Under the pieces are notes generated by a model that saw only the letters and a program-made list of their open reading frames with translations, was not told where the DNA came from and ran no database searches. Of a stretch of DNA of 64,000 bases, positions 34,263-42,531 are shown piece after piece. Origin of the DNA: an uncultured beta proteobacterium (lineage in GTDB: Bacteria > Pseudomonadota > Gammaproteobacteria > Burkholderiales > SG8-39); NCBI GenBank assembly GCA_963832685.1, contig CAWHUZ010000001.1, positions 291,051 through 355,050 on the forward strand. The letters are read 5' to 3'. The position numbers were made by a program, and so were the translations under genes. Within the stretch, counting starts at the first letter, position 1. Each line of letters begins with the position of its first letter.

Positions 34263-34712
34263 CTACTTCTTGATGCTCATCGCGTTGTTGACGCTCGTCA
34301 CGCCGTCCACTTTCTGGGCGATGGCGATGGCCTGGTCGATCTGCGCCTGGCTGTCGACGAAGCCGCTGAGCTGGACTTCGCCCTTGCGCGTCTCGACCGC
34401 GATGTCGAAGCTCTTGATGTCGGGGTCGGCCAGCAGCGCCGACTTCACCTTGGTGGTGATGACGCTGTCGTCGATTTCCGTGCCGACGGTGGTGGTTGCG
34501 GGTTGAGTGGCGGCCGCAGGTTCGGCGGCGGCCGCAGGTTCGGCGGCAGTTGCCGCCTGCGGAGCGGCCGCAGGCTCGGGGGTGGCTGCAGCCTGGCTGG
34601 CGGGCGCGGGTTGCGCGGCCTGCTCTTCCTGGCGGCCGCAGCCGACGAACAGGACGGACAGCGCCGCCGCAAGCGTTGTGCCCAGAATGAGACGTTTTCG
34701 ATCGATGCGCAT
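34263..34712 (-). CDS. BON-domain lipoprotein with Ala/Pro linker (OsmY-like)
   Basis: FVGC lipobox; DDSVITTKVKSALL.D, VETRKGEVQLSGFVDS. Confidence 0.88.
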   Translation of the reverse strand: MRIDRKRLILGTTLAAALSVLFVGCGRQEEQAAQPAPASQAAATPEPAAAPQAATAAEPAAAAEPAAATQPATTTVGTEIDDSVITTKVKSALLADPDIKSFDIAVETRKGEVQLSGFVDSQAQIDQAIAIAQKVDGVTSVNNAMSIKK

Positions 34713-34740
34713 GATGGTGTCTTCCGAGAAATGAAACAGG

Positions 34741-35052
34741 TTACTTGAGTTGCATGTCGTTCTTGACCGACGTGACGCCGGAGACGCCGCGCGTGACTTC
34801 GACCGCTTTGTTCATCGCGCTCCAGGAGCTGACGAAGCCGCTCAGTTGGACCGTGCCCTTGTAGGTTTCAACGTTGATTTCCGCGACTTTGAGCGAAGGC
34901 TCGTTGAGGATCGCTGCTTTCACTTTGGTCGTGATGACGGAATCATCGACGTATTGCCCTGTTCCTTCCTGCGTGGGCGTGGCCGCGCAACCCAGCGCGG
35001 ACAGCAGCACGACGGCGAAAAAAAGGGCGGAAAGACGCTTGAGCTGCTGCAT
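34741..35052 (-). CDS. Single BON-domain lipoprotein
   Basis: ALGC lipobox; TGQYVDDSVITTKVKAA, INVETYKGTVQLSGFV, GVTSVKNDM. Confidence 0.92.
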   Translation of the reverse strand: MQQLKRLSALFFAVVLLSALGCAATPTQEGTGQYVDDSVITTKVKAAILNEPSLKVAEINVETYKGTVQLSGFVSSWSAMNKAVEVTRGVSGVTSVKNDMQLK

Positions 35053-35086
35053 GGTTGAAATCTCCAGATTTAGTTTGAATTGAGCT

Positions 35087-35311
35087 TCACTGCCGCGAGA
35101 CGGTCTTCCAGTCGCGGTTTCGGTTGATGAAGTCCGCCAGTTGTCGATCGGCCTGCTGCAGCAGGGTGCCGCGCCGCGCCTCGATCCTGCCCGCGAGTTG
35201 GTCGCGCCTGCCGGCGGCTGCCGTGAGCGGATCGCCGATCAGTTCGCCCCAGCGTTCAGTCACCATCCCGCCGAGCTGCCGGCAGATGCCGTAAATGCGA
35301 ACCCGATTCAC
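35087..35311 (-). CDS. CsbD/YjbJ-like protein
   Basis: NRVRIYG..RQLGG.V.ERWGEL..D......GRRDQLAGRI. Confidence 0.75.
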   Translation of the reverse strand: MNRVRIYGICRQLGGMVTERWGELIGDPLTAAAGRRDQLAGRIEARRGTLLQQADRQLADFINRNRDWKTVSRQ

Positions 35312-35380
35312 CCTGCCTCCCAGTCGCGTACCGCAATTTGAATGGATGCGCGAATCCTGTTCCGTCTGGAACCATCATTC

Positions 35381-35396
35381 TGTACGTTGCCGTACA
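35381..35396. promoter_or_regulatory. Perfect box TGTACG-TTGC-CGTACA; bidirectional promoter
   Basis: CAGGAT (minus 35359-35354), TAGCCT (plus 35417-35422). Confidence 0.8.
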
Positions 35397-35429
35397 TACG
35401 CTGCCGATATTCGAATTAGCCTTGCGGCC

Positions 35430-36290
35430 ATGCTCGCGCCCCGCGCCCTGAACAGCCTGCTCGCCGCCCTGCCTGGCAGGGAATACCGGCGGCTGCTGGC
35501 CGCACTCGAGCCGGTCACGCTGACCTTCGGCGATGTGCTCTACGAGCCGGGCGACACGATCCGCCAGGTGTACTTTCCCGGTACTTCCCTGGTGTCGCTG
35601 CTCACGCTGGCGGACGGCCACCTGGCACTCGAAGTCGGCCTCATCGGCCGCGACGGGGTGGTTGGAATTCCACTCATGCTGGGGCACGACGTGTCGGCTG
35701 TGCGCGCCCTGGTGCAGGGTACGGGGTCGGCGATGCGGATCGCGGCGGCGCCGTTCCTGAAGGAGTTCCGGCGCAGCCCGCCGCTGCAGCGCGAGTTGTA
35801 CCGCTACACCTATACCTTGATGGCGCAGATCTCGCAGACCGCCGCGTGCAACCGGTTCCACGTGGTGGAGGAGCGTCTCGCGCGCTGGCTGCTGATGACC
35901 CACGACCGGGTGAAATCGGATCGATTCCGGCTGACGCACGAATTCCTCGGCCATATGCTGGGCGTGCGGCGGGTGGGCGTCACCAAGGCGGCGCAGGCGC
36001 TGCAGGAGCGCAAGCTGATCAGCTACAGCCGCGGCGACATCACGGTGCTCGACCGCGCCGGGCTGGAGGCGACCGCTTGCGCGTGCTACGAAGTGGTCAA
36101 GGACATGCACGACGGAGCGCGGGTCGATCACGCGGCAACCGAAACGCCTGTCGCGCGCGGCGGCATGAGACGAGCCCAGCCCGCGTGCCCCGGCGGCTCC
36201 GATCAGGAACAGCATCCTGGCGGCGCTCTTTGCCACCGAGTACAGGCGCCTGCTGCCCAAGCTCGAGCACGTGACATGGAAGCGCGGTGA
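35430..36290 (+). CDS. Crp/Fnr-family regulator, paralog 2 (true 3' end uncertain; domain ends near 36110)
   Basis: NSLLAALP, IGRDGVVG, ACNRFH.VEERLARWLL, THEFLGHMLGVRRVGVT, CACY. Confidence 0.9.
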   Translation: MLAPRALNSLLAALPGREYRRLLAALEPVTLTFGDVLYEPGDTIRQVYFPGTSLVSLLTLADGHLALEVGLIGRDGVVGIPLMLGHDVSAVRALVQGTGSAMRIAAAPFLKEFRRSPPLQRELYRYTYTLMAQISQTAACNRFHVVEERLARWLLMTHDRVKSDRFRLTHEFLGHMLGVRRVGVTKAAQALQERKLISYSRGDITVLDRAGLEATACACYEVVKDMHDGARVDHAATETPVARGGMRRAQPACPGGSDQEQHPGGALCHRVQAPAAQARARDMEAR

Positions 36291-36898
36291 GACGGTGTAT
36301 CGGGCGGATCAGAAGATCGACGCGGTGTACTTTCCCGAGGACGCTGTGGTGGCCATGGTCGACACCACGGACGACGAACGTACGGTCGAGGTCGGCGTCA
36401 TCGGCCGCGAAGGGATCGTGGGCATTAACATCTTCCTGGGCGGCGTCGTCACGCCCGACAGGGCGATCGTGCAGCTGCCAGGCGGCGCGATGAGGATGAA
36501 GTCGGAAGACTTGCGCAAGGAGCTGCGTTTCGGCAGCCCGATTCAGCGACTGCTTCTGAACTACACCCGGAGCTTCGTTGCGGTGATCAGCCAATCGGTG
36601 GCCTGCAGCCAGCACCACGACATCGAGCAGCGGGTGGCGCGCTGGCTGCTCACCATGAGCGACTATGCCGGCTCGCGCGAGCTTGTGATGTTGCAACAAT
36701 CGATTGCCGACATGCTCGGGGTGCGTCGCGTAGGCGTTAGCGAGGCTGCGGGCAGGCTGCATGCGGCCGGATTGATCAGCTACCGCCGCGGCCGAATAAG
36801 CATTCTCGACCGGACGGGCCTGGAGAAGCGCTCCTGCGAGTGCTATCGGTTCATCAGGCAGCAGTACGACTCACTGCGCAGCGGGCGTCCGCCGCTAG
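36165..36898 (+). CDS. Crp/Fnr-family regulator, paralog 3 (both ends affected by indels)
   Basis: NSILAAL, IGREGIVG, ACSQHH.IEQRVARWLL, IADMLGVRRVGVSEAA, CECY. Confidence 0.85.
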
Positions 36899-37608
36899 GT
36901 CTTCTTGTAGCTGCGGCGGTACAACTGCCTGACCTTCGCGTAGCACTCGCATGCGGCGGCTTCGAGACCCGCTGGATCGAGCAGCTGGATATTGCCGCGG
37001 CTGTAGGTAATCAGCCGGCGTCGCTGAAGACTGGAAGCCGCCGCCGTGACGCCGACGCGTCGTACGCCCAGCATGAGCGAGATGAACTTTTGCGTGAGAT
37101 GGAAATGGTCGGAATGCACGCGGTCGCGGATCGCCAGCAGCCAGCGGGCAAGGCGCGCTTCGACGTTGTGGAAGCGGTTGCAAACCGCCGTTTGCGAGGT
37201 CTGGTGCATAAGCGCGTTAGTAAAGCGGTACAACTCGCGATACCACGAAACGCTCGCTCCCAACTCCTGTTGCAGTCGCGAAGACGCTATGCGTGCTGCC
37301 GTGCCGGCTCCCTGCACCACGGCCCGCAGGTGCGAGATATCGGTGCCAAGCACCACGGCCGCGCCGACCACGCCTTCATTGCCGACCACCCCGACTTCGG
37401 CCGTTTTGCCCGGACCGGCCATGGTGAGCAAGGAAATCACGCCGCTATACGGGAAATAGACATGCCGTATGCGAACACCGGGTTCGAACAGTACCTGTCC
37501 GAAAGCCAGCGACACGGGCTTGAGATATTGCGCCAGGCGCCGGTAATCGCGCCGCGGCAGTGCGGCGAGCAGGCGATTTTCGGCAGGCGATTTGGCTGCA
37601 GCTTGCAT
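36895..37608 (-). CDS. Crp/Fnr-family regulator, paralog 4
   Basis: NRLLAALP, VGNEGVVG, VCNRFH.VEARLARWLL, TQKFISLMLGVRRVGVT, CECY. Confidence 0.92.
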   Translation of the reverse strand: MQAAAKSPAENRLLAALPRRDYRRLAQYLKPVSLAFGQVLFEPGVRIRHVYFPYSGVISLLTMAGPGKTAEVGVVGNEGVVGAAVVLGTDISHLRAVVQGAGTAARIASSRLQQELGASVSWYRELYRFTNALMHQTSQTAVCNRFHNVEARLARWLLAIRDRVHSDHFHLTQKFISLMLGVRRVGVTAAASSLQRRRLITYSRGNIQLLDPAGLEAAACECYAKVRQLYRRSYKKT

Positions 37609-37711
37609 GACTTCCCGCTTGGGTATTCCAACTCCGCCTCATCGAGGCCCACTCGGGCTTCAACGCCGAGTGCGCGGGAGTATAGGTTTATATTGCAAAA
37701 ACAAGAACTTA

Positions 37712-37727
37712 TGTTCGGTATCGGACC
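37712..37727. promoter_or_regulatory. Box TGTTCG-GTAT-CGGACC upstream of Crp paralog 4
   Basis: Variant box; TAAACCT on minus strand at 37690-37684. Confidence 0.6.
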
Positions 37728-37770
37728 TATCGACGGTCAGGCGCTTCGCTCGCGCGCGTCTCGTCGGTGC

Positions 37771-37965
37771 CTACTTGTTGTCGCCCTTGGCTGCGTCCTG
37801 GACGCTTTCACCGGCCTTCTCGATTTGCTTTCCGGCCGAGTCCATCGCCTTATCGACTTGCTTTCCGGCGTGCTCGGCAGGGCCCTCTTTCTGGGGGCAG
37901 CCGACCAGGCCCAGCATCAGCGCGCTTGCGGCCAATGCGCTCACCACGTTGTAGGCGAGTTTCAT
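37771..37965 (-). CDS. Small lipoprotein (YtxH/Entericidin-like helical stress lipoprotein)
   Basis: LVGC lipobox; KEGPAEHAGKQVDKA...AG..IE.AG. Confidence 0.8.
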   Translation of the reverse strand: MKLAYNVVSALAASALMLGLVGCPQKEGPAEHAGKQVDKAMDSAGKQIEKAGESVQDAAKGDNK

Positions 37966-37968
37966 GCT

Positions 37969-38127
37969 TCATACCCTGCCGAGCAGGAACAGGATCAGGA
38001 TCACCACCAAGATCACGCCGACAATGCCGCTCGGCGCATAACCCCATTGCCTACTGTGCGGCCAGGTCGGAATCACGCCGATCAGTGCCAGCACCAGGAC
38101 AATCAGCAGTATCGTTCCCAACGTCAT
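37969..38127 (-). CDS. DUF3309-like small membrane protein (52 aa, not in ORF track)
   Basis: MTLGTILLIVLVLALIGVIPTWPHSRQWGYAPSGIVGVILVVILILFLLGRV; RBS GAGGAG. Confidence 0.9.
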   Translation of the reverse strand: MTLGTILLIVLVLALIGVIPTWPHSRQWGYAPSGIVGVILVVILILFLLGRV

Positions 38128-38138
38128 ATCGTTTCTCC

Positions 38139-38618
38139 TCAGTAGCGGCGCATCACGCCGTTGTCGATCCGTACCCGGTCGCCGACTCTGAATTCCGCGT
38201 TCGAACTCAGCATCAGCATCTGGTATGAGCCGTTCTCCATGCGGATGCTGAAGCGATACGCATCCGCGGTCTGTAGCGATTGCTTCTCCATCTGGTGCCC
38301 GACGTAGGCGCCGCCCGCGGCGCCGGCGACCGTCGCCGCTGTATTACCGGTGCCTTGCCCGACCTGGTGGCCGAGGACGCCGCCGATGACCGCTCCGGCG
38401 ATGGTGCCCGCACCCAGGCCGCTGCCGCCGATGCCGCCGCTGTCTCCCTTCACAACGTCGATCGATTGAACTACGCCGTATCCCGAGTTGACGCTTACCG
38501 GGCCGCTGGCGGCGGGACTTGAGGCGGGCGAGGCCTGCTGGTTCATGCTGCCGCATGCGCCCAGCGCGATCGCAGCCGCCAAGCCAAGCGCCGGTCCGAA
38601 TCGAGTCATCGTGCTCAT
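38139..38618 (-). CDS. Glycine-zipper 2TM lipoprotein (SlyB-like)
   Basis: LGAC lipobox; GVVQSI, GAVIGGVLGHQVGQGTG.TAATVAGAAGGA. Confidence 0.85.
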   Translation of the reverse strand: MSTMTRFGPALGLAAAIALGACGSMNQQASPASSPAASGPVSVNSGYGVVQSIDVVKGDSGGIGGSGLGAGTIAGAVIGGVLGHQVGQGTGNTAATVAGAAGGAYVGHQMEKQSLQTADAYRFSIRMENGSYQMLMLSSNAEFRVGDRVRIDNGVMRRY

Positions 38619-38701
38619 GGCTGTTCCTCTGGGTTGCTCGGCAGATAAAGAAGGCGGCTGCAACGGCGTTGCCATTATGGGACGGTTCGCCGGCAGCAAT
38701 C

Positions 38702-38717
38702 TGTACGGTATCGAACA
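38702..38717. promoter_or_regulatory. Box TGTACG-GTAT-CGAACA
   Basis: CATAAT (minus 38679-38674). Confidence 0.75.
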
Positions 38718-38718
38718 C

Positions 38719-38755
38719 AAAGAAAAGGCCCGGAACAGGATCGCCGTTCCGGGCC
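38719..38755 (-). terminator. Intrinsic terminator of candidate sRNA
   Basis: 10-bp GC stem followed by U tract. Confidence 0.75.
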
Positions 38756-38799
38756 CGGTACTTCAGGTGTTCGTCAGGGGAGGAGGAGCGCGAACACCT
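38719..38799 (-). ncRNA. Candidate ~80-nt sRNA with CU-rich anti-SD loop (cuckoo-like)
   Basis: 9-bp stem AGGUGUUCG/CGAACACCU enclosing CGCUCCUCCUCCCCUGA; then terminator GGCCCGGAAC/GUUCCGGGCC-UUUUCUUU; own box and CAAGAT -10. Confidence 0.72.
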
Positions 38800-38832
38800 A
38801 GCGACATCTTGCGCCGGTGTTCGAATCCGTTC

Positions 38833-38848
38833 TGTGCGGCACCGCACT
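38833..38848. promoter_or_regulatory. Box TGTGCG-GCAC-CGCACT upstream of the candidate sRNA
   Basis: Centre at -41.5 relative to 38799; CAAGAT at minus 38811-38806. Confidence 0.75.
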
Positions 38849-38916
38849 TAAAGAAGATGAATTTGCGCCTGGCTTATGGCCTCATGCGGACCGGCCTCGC
38901 CTCTCCCGGCGTTGCG

Positions 38917-39150
38917 TTATCTGCGCCGATGATCGCCGGTGTCGACCTGATTGCCGATCACGCCGCCGACCGCTGCGCCGCCGATGGTGCCGATCGCGCT
39001 GCCGCCGGTGAGGATGGAACCCCCCACGGCGCCGACCCCGGCGCCGACCGCGGTGTTCTGGTCGCGCTGTGACATCCCGCTGCACCCGCCCGCGCCGAGC
39101 AGCACCGCCGCCGCGAGCGCACCGAATGCGTACCTTTGCATCGTTTTCAT
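38917..39150 (-). CDS. OsmB-like glycine-zipper lipoprotein
   Basis: AGGC lipobox; MSQRDQNTAVGAGVGAVGGSILTGGS.IGTIGGAAVGGVIG. Confidence 0.87.
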   Translation of the reverse strand: MKTMQRYAFGALAAAVLLGAGGCSGMSQRDQNTAVGAGVGAVGGSILTGGSAIGTIGGAAVGGVIGNQVDTGDHRRR

Positions 39151-39205
39151 TGGAAGACCTCGTTCAGACATCGATTGACTGCAATGACTTGTTTGCTCCG
39201 GACGC

Positions 39206-39783
39206 TCAGCCGTTGGACTGGATGACGCCGTTCACGACTCTTACCTTGTCGCCCGCCCGCCACGACGGCGCGTTCGCCTCGCTGATCGCGCGGCTTGAGC
39301 CGTCGTCGAAGCGCACCGTGGTCTCGTAGCTCTTGGTTGACTTGACGCGTTTCTCGACCTCGTTGCCGGCAACCGCTCCGCCGACTGCGCCGACCACGGT
39401 CATGAGCTGCTTGCCGCGGCCGCCGCCGACCTGGTTGCCGAGCACGCCGCCCACCACCGCTCCGCCGGCCGCGCCAAGGCCGGAGCCCTCGCCCTTCACG
39501 CTCGACCTCGCGCACCGACTCGACCACGCCGCATTCGGCGCACTGGGTTCTCGCCTGCGCGGGCGCGCTGCTCGCCACCCGCGCCGGGGCCGCACGCGCT
39601 TTCGCAGCGCGCCGGCTCCGGAGCGTTTGCCGCCTGTGTCGCGAGCACCGCGTTGTCGTCAGCACCGCCCATCGAGGTCGGAATCCAGCCCATGAAGGCG
39701 CCGATGCCGACCGCGCTGAACACGATCAACGCGATACCCGCGATCCAGACCAGCGGGTGAAGCGATTTTGTGGTCTGTTCCAC
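39206..39783 (-). CDS. Glycine-zipper 2TM membrane protein (frameshifted)
   Basis: LHPL.WIAG TM; CAECGVVESVR; GAVVGGVLGNQVGGGRG...TVVGAVGGA.AGNEVEK. Confidence 0.82.
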
Positions 39784-39797
39784 GTGTGCTTCGCTCG

Positions 39798-40493
39798 CTA
39801 CTGCGCGGCCCGGGTACCGATCACTTCGACCTCGACCCGACGATCAGGTTGCAGGCAGGCGATGAGCTTCTTGCTCTTGCCGCCCACGCATTCGCCGGCT
39901 TTCGTCACCGGCTGCGATTCGCCCATGCCTTCGGCGCGTACGTTACCCGGCTCGATTCCCTTGGCAACCAGATAGTCCTTCACCGACGCGGCGCGTTGCT
40001 CCGACAGGCGCTGGTTGTATTTGTCGCTGCCTATGCGGTCGGTATGCCCGACGACCGTGATCGTCTGGAGGTCGGCGCCCTGGAACTTGCCCATGAAGGC
40101 ATCCAGAGCATCCCGGCCTTTCGGACGCAGGACCGCCTTGTCGAAGTCGAACAGCGCGTCGGCGTCCAGCGCCACCCGTTCGCGCACCGATCTGCGGCGC
40201 CGGCGGGGGGGGCCGGCGACCGGAGCTGCTTGCGCCACGGGGGCGGGGGCGGGGGCGACGACCTGCGCCACCGGCTGCGGTCCGCAGGGGGTACCCGGCA
40301 GGGGCGGCGGGCCGAAATCGCTGCGCCAGCAAAGGCCGTTGTCGTTCATCCAGACCATCTGTGCCGGACCGCTTACGATTGCTCTCTGGTCGACCGGCAA
40401 GGTCTGCGCGCTTGCCGTTCCGGACATGATGCCGAGTGCCAGCGCGCACGCTGCCGCGAGGCCGAGTTGCTTTCTGCTAAATGAGGGTTTCAT
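39798..40493 (-). CDS. OmpA/RmpM-like peptidoglycan-binding protein (linker probably has indels)
   Basis: Signal peptide, GLCWR, ADALFDFDKAVL, GHTDRIGS..YNQRLSEQRA, ACLQPDRRVEVEV. Confidence 0.9.
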   Translation of the reverse strand: MKPSFSRKQLGLAAACALALGIMSGTASAQTLPVDQRAIVSGPAQMVWMNDNGLCWRSDFGPPPLPGTPCGPQPVAQVVAPAPAPVAQAAPVAGPPRRRRRSVRERVALDADALFDFDKAVLRPKGRDALDAFMGKFQGADLQTITVVGHTDRIGSDKYNQRLSEQRAASVKDYLVAKGIEPGNVRAEGMGESQPVTKAGECVGGKSKKLIACLQPDRRVEVEVIGTRAAQ

Positions 40494-40619
40494 GGTGTCT
40501 CTCGTTGAATAAGTAGTACTCGATCCGCCTTGTTGCTTCCGTTCATCTGACTGCCAGCAAAAGCGGAAAAATACTGACCGGTCGATTGCCGTAGCATCGG
40601 CTCGTGGCCGCCGGCGGTC

Positions 40620-40685
40620 GGCGCGCTAGCGCACATACGGCAGCATTTATTTATTTGTGGCGCACCGTATGTGCGCCGACGCACG
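40620..40685. promoter_or_regulatory. Two boxes: GGCGCG-CTAG-CGCACA (40620-40635) and TGTGCG-CCGA-CGCACG (40670-40685)
   Basis: GATGCT (minus 40598-40593), GATGAT (plus 40707-40712); AT-rich spacer between them. Confidence 0.72.
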
Positions 40686-40754
40686 GAAACAGCGGGAGTT
40701 GCGGCGGATGATGCGGTCTGGACGCAGCAATCCGTTACGCCAAGGAGATGTGCC

Positions 40755-40904
40755 GTGCTCTACACAATCGCCGTCGTGCTCATCGTGTTGTGGGCGCTGG
40801 GACTCGTTTCCTCCTACACCATGGGAGGATTCATCCACGTTCTACTGGTGGTCGCGATCGTGATCGTGCTGCTCAGGGTGATCAGCGGACGAAGTCCCGT
40901 CTGA
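40755..40904 (+). CDS. lmo0937-family small membrane protein
   Basis: LYTIAVVLIVLWALGLVSSYTMGGFIHVLLVVAI; RBS AAGGAG. Confidence 0.88.
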   Translation: MLYTIAVVLIVLWALGLVSSYTMGGFIHVLLVVAIVIVLLRVISGRSPV

Positions 40905-40942
40905 CGACTGCGCGCCGGCCGGGCTGCCGGCGGCGAGCGGCT

Positions 40943-41686
40943 CTATCCGGCCGCGGCCGCGATGCCCTGGCGGTGGCGCACGTCTGACAGCAGGCGGCCG
41001 AGTTCCGTCTTGACCACCGCGTAGCACTCGCAGGCACGGGTCTCCAGCCCGGCGCGCTCGAGCACTGCGATGTGCCCGCGCCGATAGCGGATGATGCCGG
41101 CGCGCTGCAGGGCGCCGGCCGCTTCCGTTATCCCTTCCCGGCGCACGCCGAGCATGCTCGCGACCAGTTCCTGCGTCATGACGAGCTCGCGCTCGGGCCC
41201 ACGATCGAGGGTCAGTAGCAGCCAGCGGCACAGCTGCTGCTCGACCGAATGGTGCCGATTGCAGGCCGCGGTCTGGATCATCTGCGTGATCAGCGCCTGG
41301 GTGTAACGCAGCAACAGGCGCTGCATCGGGCCCGCGCGGATGAATTCCTGCTTCAGCAGGCGCCCTTCCAGCCGGTAGCCGTGGCCCGCGGTCTGCACCA
41401 CGGCCGAGCTCGGCGTGCTGTCTCCGCCCATGAAGAGCGCGATGCCGACCACGCCCTCGTTACCCACTCCCGCGGTCTCGGCCGATGCGCCGGACTCCAT
41501 GACATAGTGCAGCGAGACGATGGCGCTGGTGGGGAAGAACGCGTGCTGCATGCGTCCGCCGGGCTCATAAAGAATGTCGCCGAGCGGCATTTCGACCAGC
41601 TCCAGGTATGGGGCCAGGCGCGCGAAATCCGCCTCGGGCAGTGCGGCGAGCAGGTGGTTCTGGTTCGGGCTGTGGAGGGATGCCAT
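40943..41686 (-). CDS. Crp/Fnr-family regulator, paralog 5
   Basis: QNHLLAALP, VGNEGVVG, ACNRHHSVEQQLCRWLL, TQELVASMLGVRREGITEAA, CECY. Confidence 0.93.
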   Translation of the reverse strand: MASLHSPNQNHLLAALPEADFARLAPYLELVEMPLGDILYEPGGRMQHAFFPTSAIVSLHYVMESGASAETAGVGNEGVVGIALFMGGDSTPSSAVVQTAGHGYRLEGRLLKQEFIRAGPMQRLLLRYTQALITQMIQTAACNRHHSVEQQLCRWLLLTLDRGPERELVMTQELVASMLGVRREGITEAAGALQRAGIIRYRRGHIAVLERAGLETRACECYAVVKTELGRLLSDVRHRQGIAAAAG

Positions 41687-41709
41687 GGCGAGCGGTCGAA
41701 TTCCCGGGG

Positions 41710-42531
41710 CTAACTACTTGCCGAGAGCTCTACGCCGATGCCGCGGTATCCGATGAAGCGGCTGGAGCGGTTGAACATCGGCTCCCCGCTGACCTGGAAC
41801 CTCTGCTCGGAGCCGTCCGCGTTGACGCGGCTGAAGACGAAGTCCAGGAACGGCTGCCGCGCCGCGATTCGCTTCTGCAGGTCCTCCCGCTGGGCCGCGT
41901 TCCAGCCCGTCACCTGAGCACCGCCCGCGTCGCCCGCCAGAGTGTCGACCTGGACGCCGAGCATCTCCAGCACGGGACCGGATACCTTGGTGAAATTGCC
42001 GTTCTCGTCCTGTTCCCAGTACCAGTCGGCAGCCAGCTCGGTCAGGCTGCGGTAGCGCGCTTCGCTGGCGCGCAGCTCGGCGGTGCGTTCGGCGACCGCT
42101 TGTTCCAGCACCGCGTTGACATTTTCCAGCGCCTTGTACAGCAGGCGCACTTCCACCAAGTTGCGTACCCGCGCCTTCACTTCTACCAGATCGAACGGCT
42201 TGCTGATGAAATCCCGTGCGCCGGCCTGCAAGGCGCGCAGCTTGTGGCCGGGTTGGGCGGTAATCACGAGCACCGGAAGGTAGGCGTCCGCATCGTTCGT
42301 CTTGAGGATCTCGATCACCTGGAATCCGTCCATGCCGGGCATCTGCAGGTCGAGCAGGATCAGGTCGTAGCGGTTCTTGCGATGCAGGGCCCAGACCTCC
42401 TGCGGGTTCATGGTCGAGTCGACATGGGTGAAGCCGGCCTCGTGCAGCAGGCGTTCCAGCAGGCTGACGTTGGCCTCCTGGTCGTCCACGATCAGCAGGC
42501 CGGCGTCGAGGATATCGCGCTCGCCGATCAT
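41710..42531 (-). CDS. Response regulator with C-terminal PAS domain (no DNA-binding output)
   Basis: LIVDD, DLILLDLQMPGMDG, ITA, FISKPFD; SEARYRSLTELAADWYWEQD...GYRGIG. Confidence 0.87.
   Translation of the reverse strand: MIGERDILDAGLLIVDDQEANVSLLERLLHEAGFTHVDSTMNPQEVWALHRKNRYDLILLDLQMPGMDGFQVIEILKTNDADAYLPVLVITAQPGHKLRALQAGARDFISKPFDLVEVKARVRNLVEVRLLYKALENVNAVLEQAVAERTAELRASEARYRSLTELAADWYWEQDENGNFTKVSGPVLEMLGVQVDTLAGDAGGAQVTGWNAAQREDLQKRIAARQPFLDFVFSRVNADGSEQRFQVSGEPMFNRSSRFIGYRGIGVELSASS

Noticed and set aside
34505-34600. GCGGCCGCAGGTTCG-type repeats
   Set aside because: They encode the AAEPAA low-complexity linker of the BON lipoprotein.
36271-38145. 624-aa Crp with long C-terminal extension
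   Set aside because: The extension is antisense to paralog 4 and two small genes; one indel restores a TAG at 36896-36898.
38763-38807. 14-codon ORF MSLGVRAPPPLTNT
   Set aside because: No RBS, and its ATG overlaps the predicted -10 upstream of the start site. The RNA structure explains the region better.
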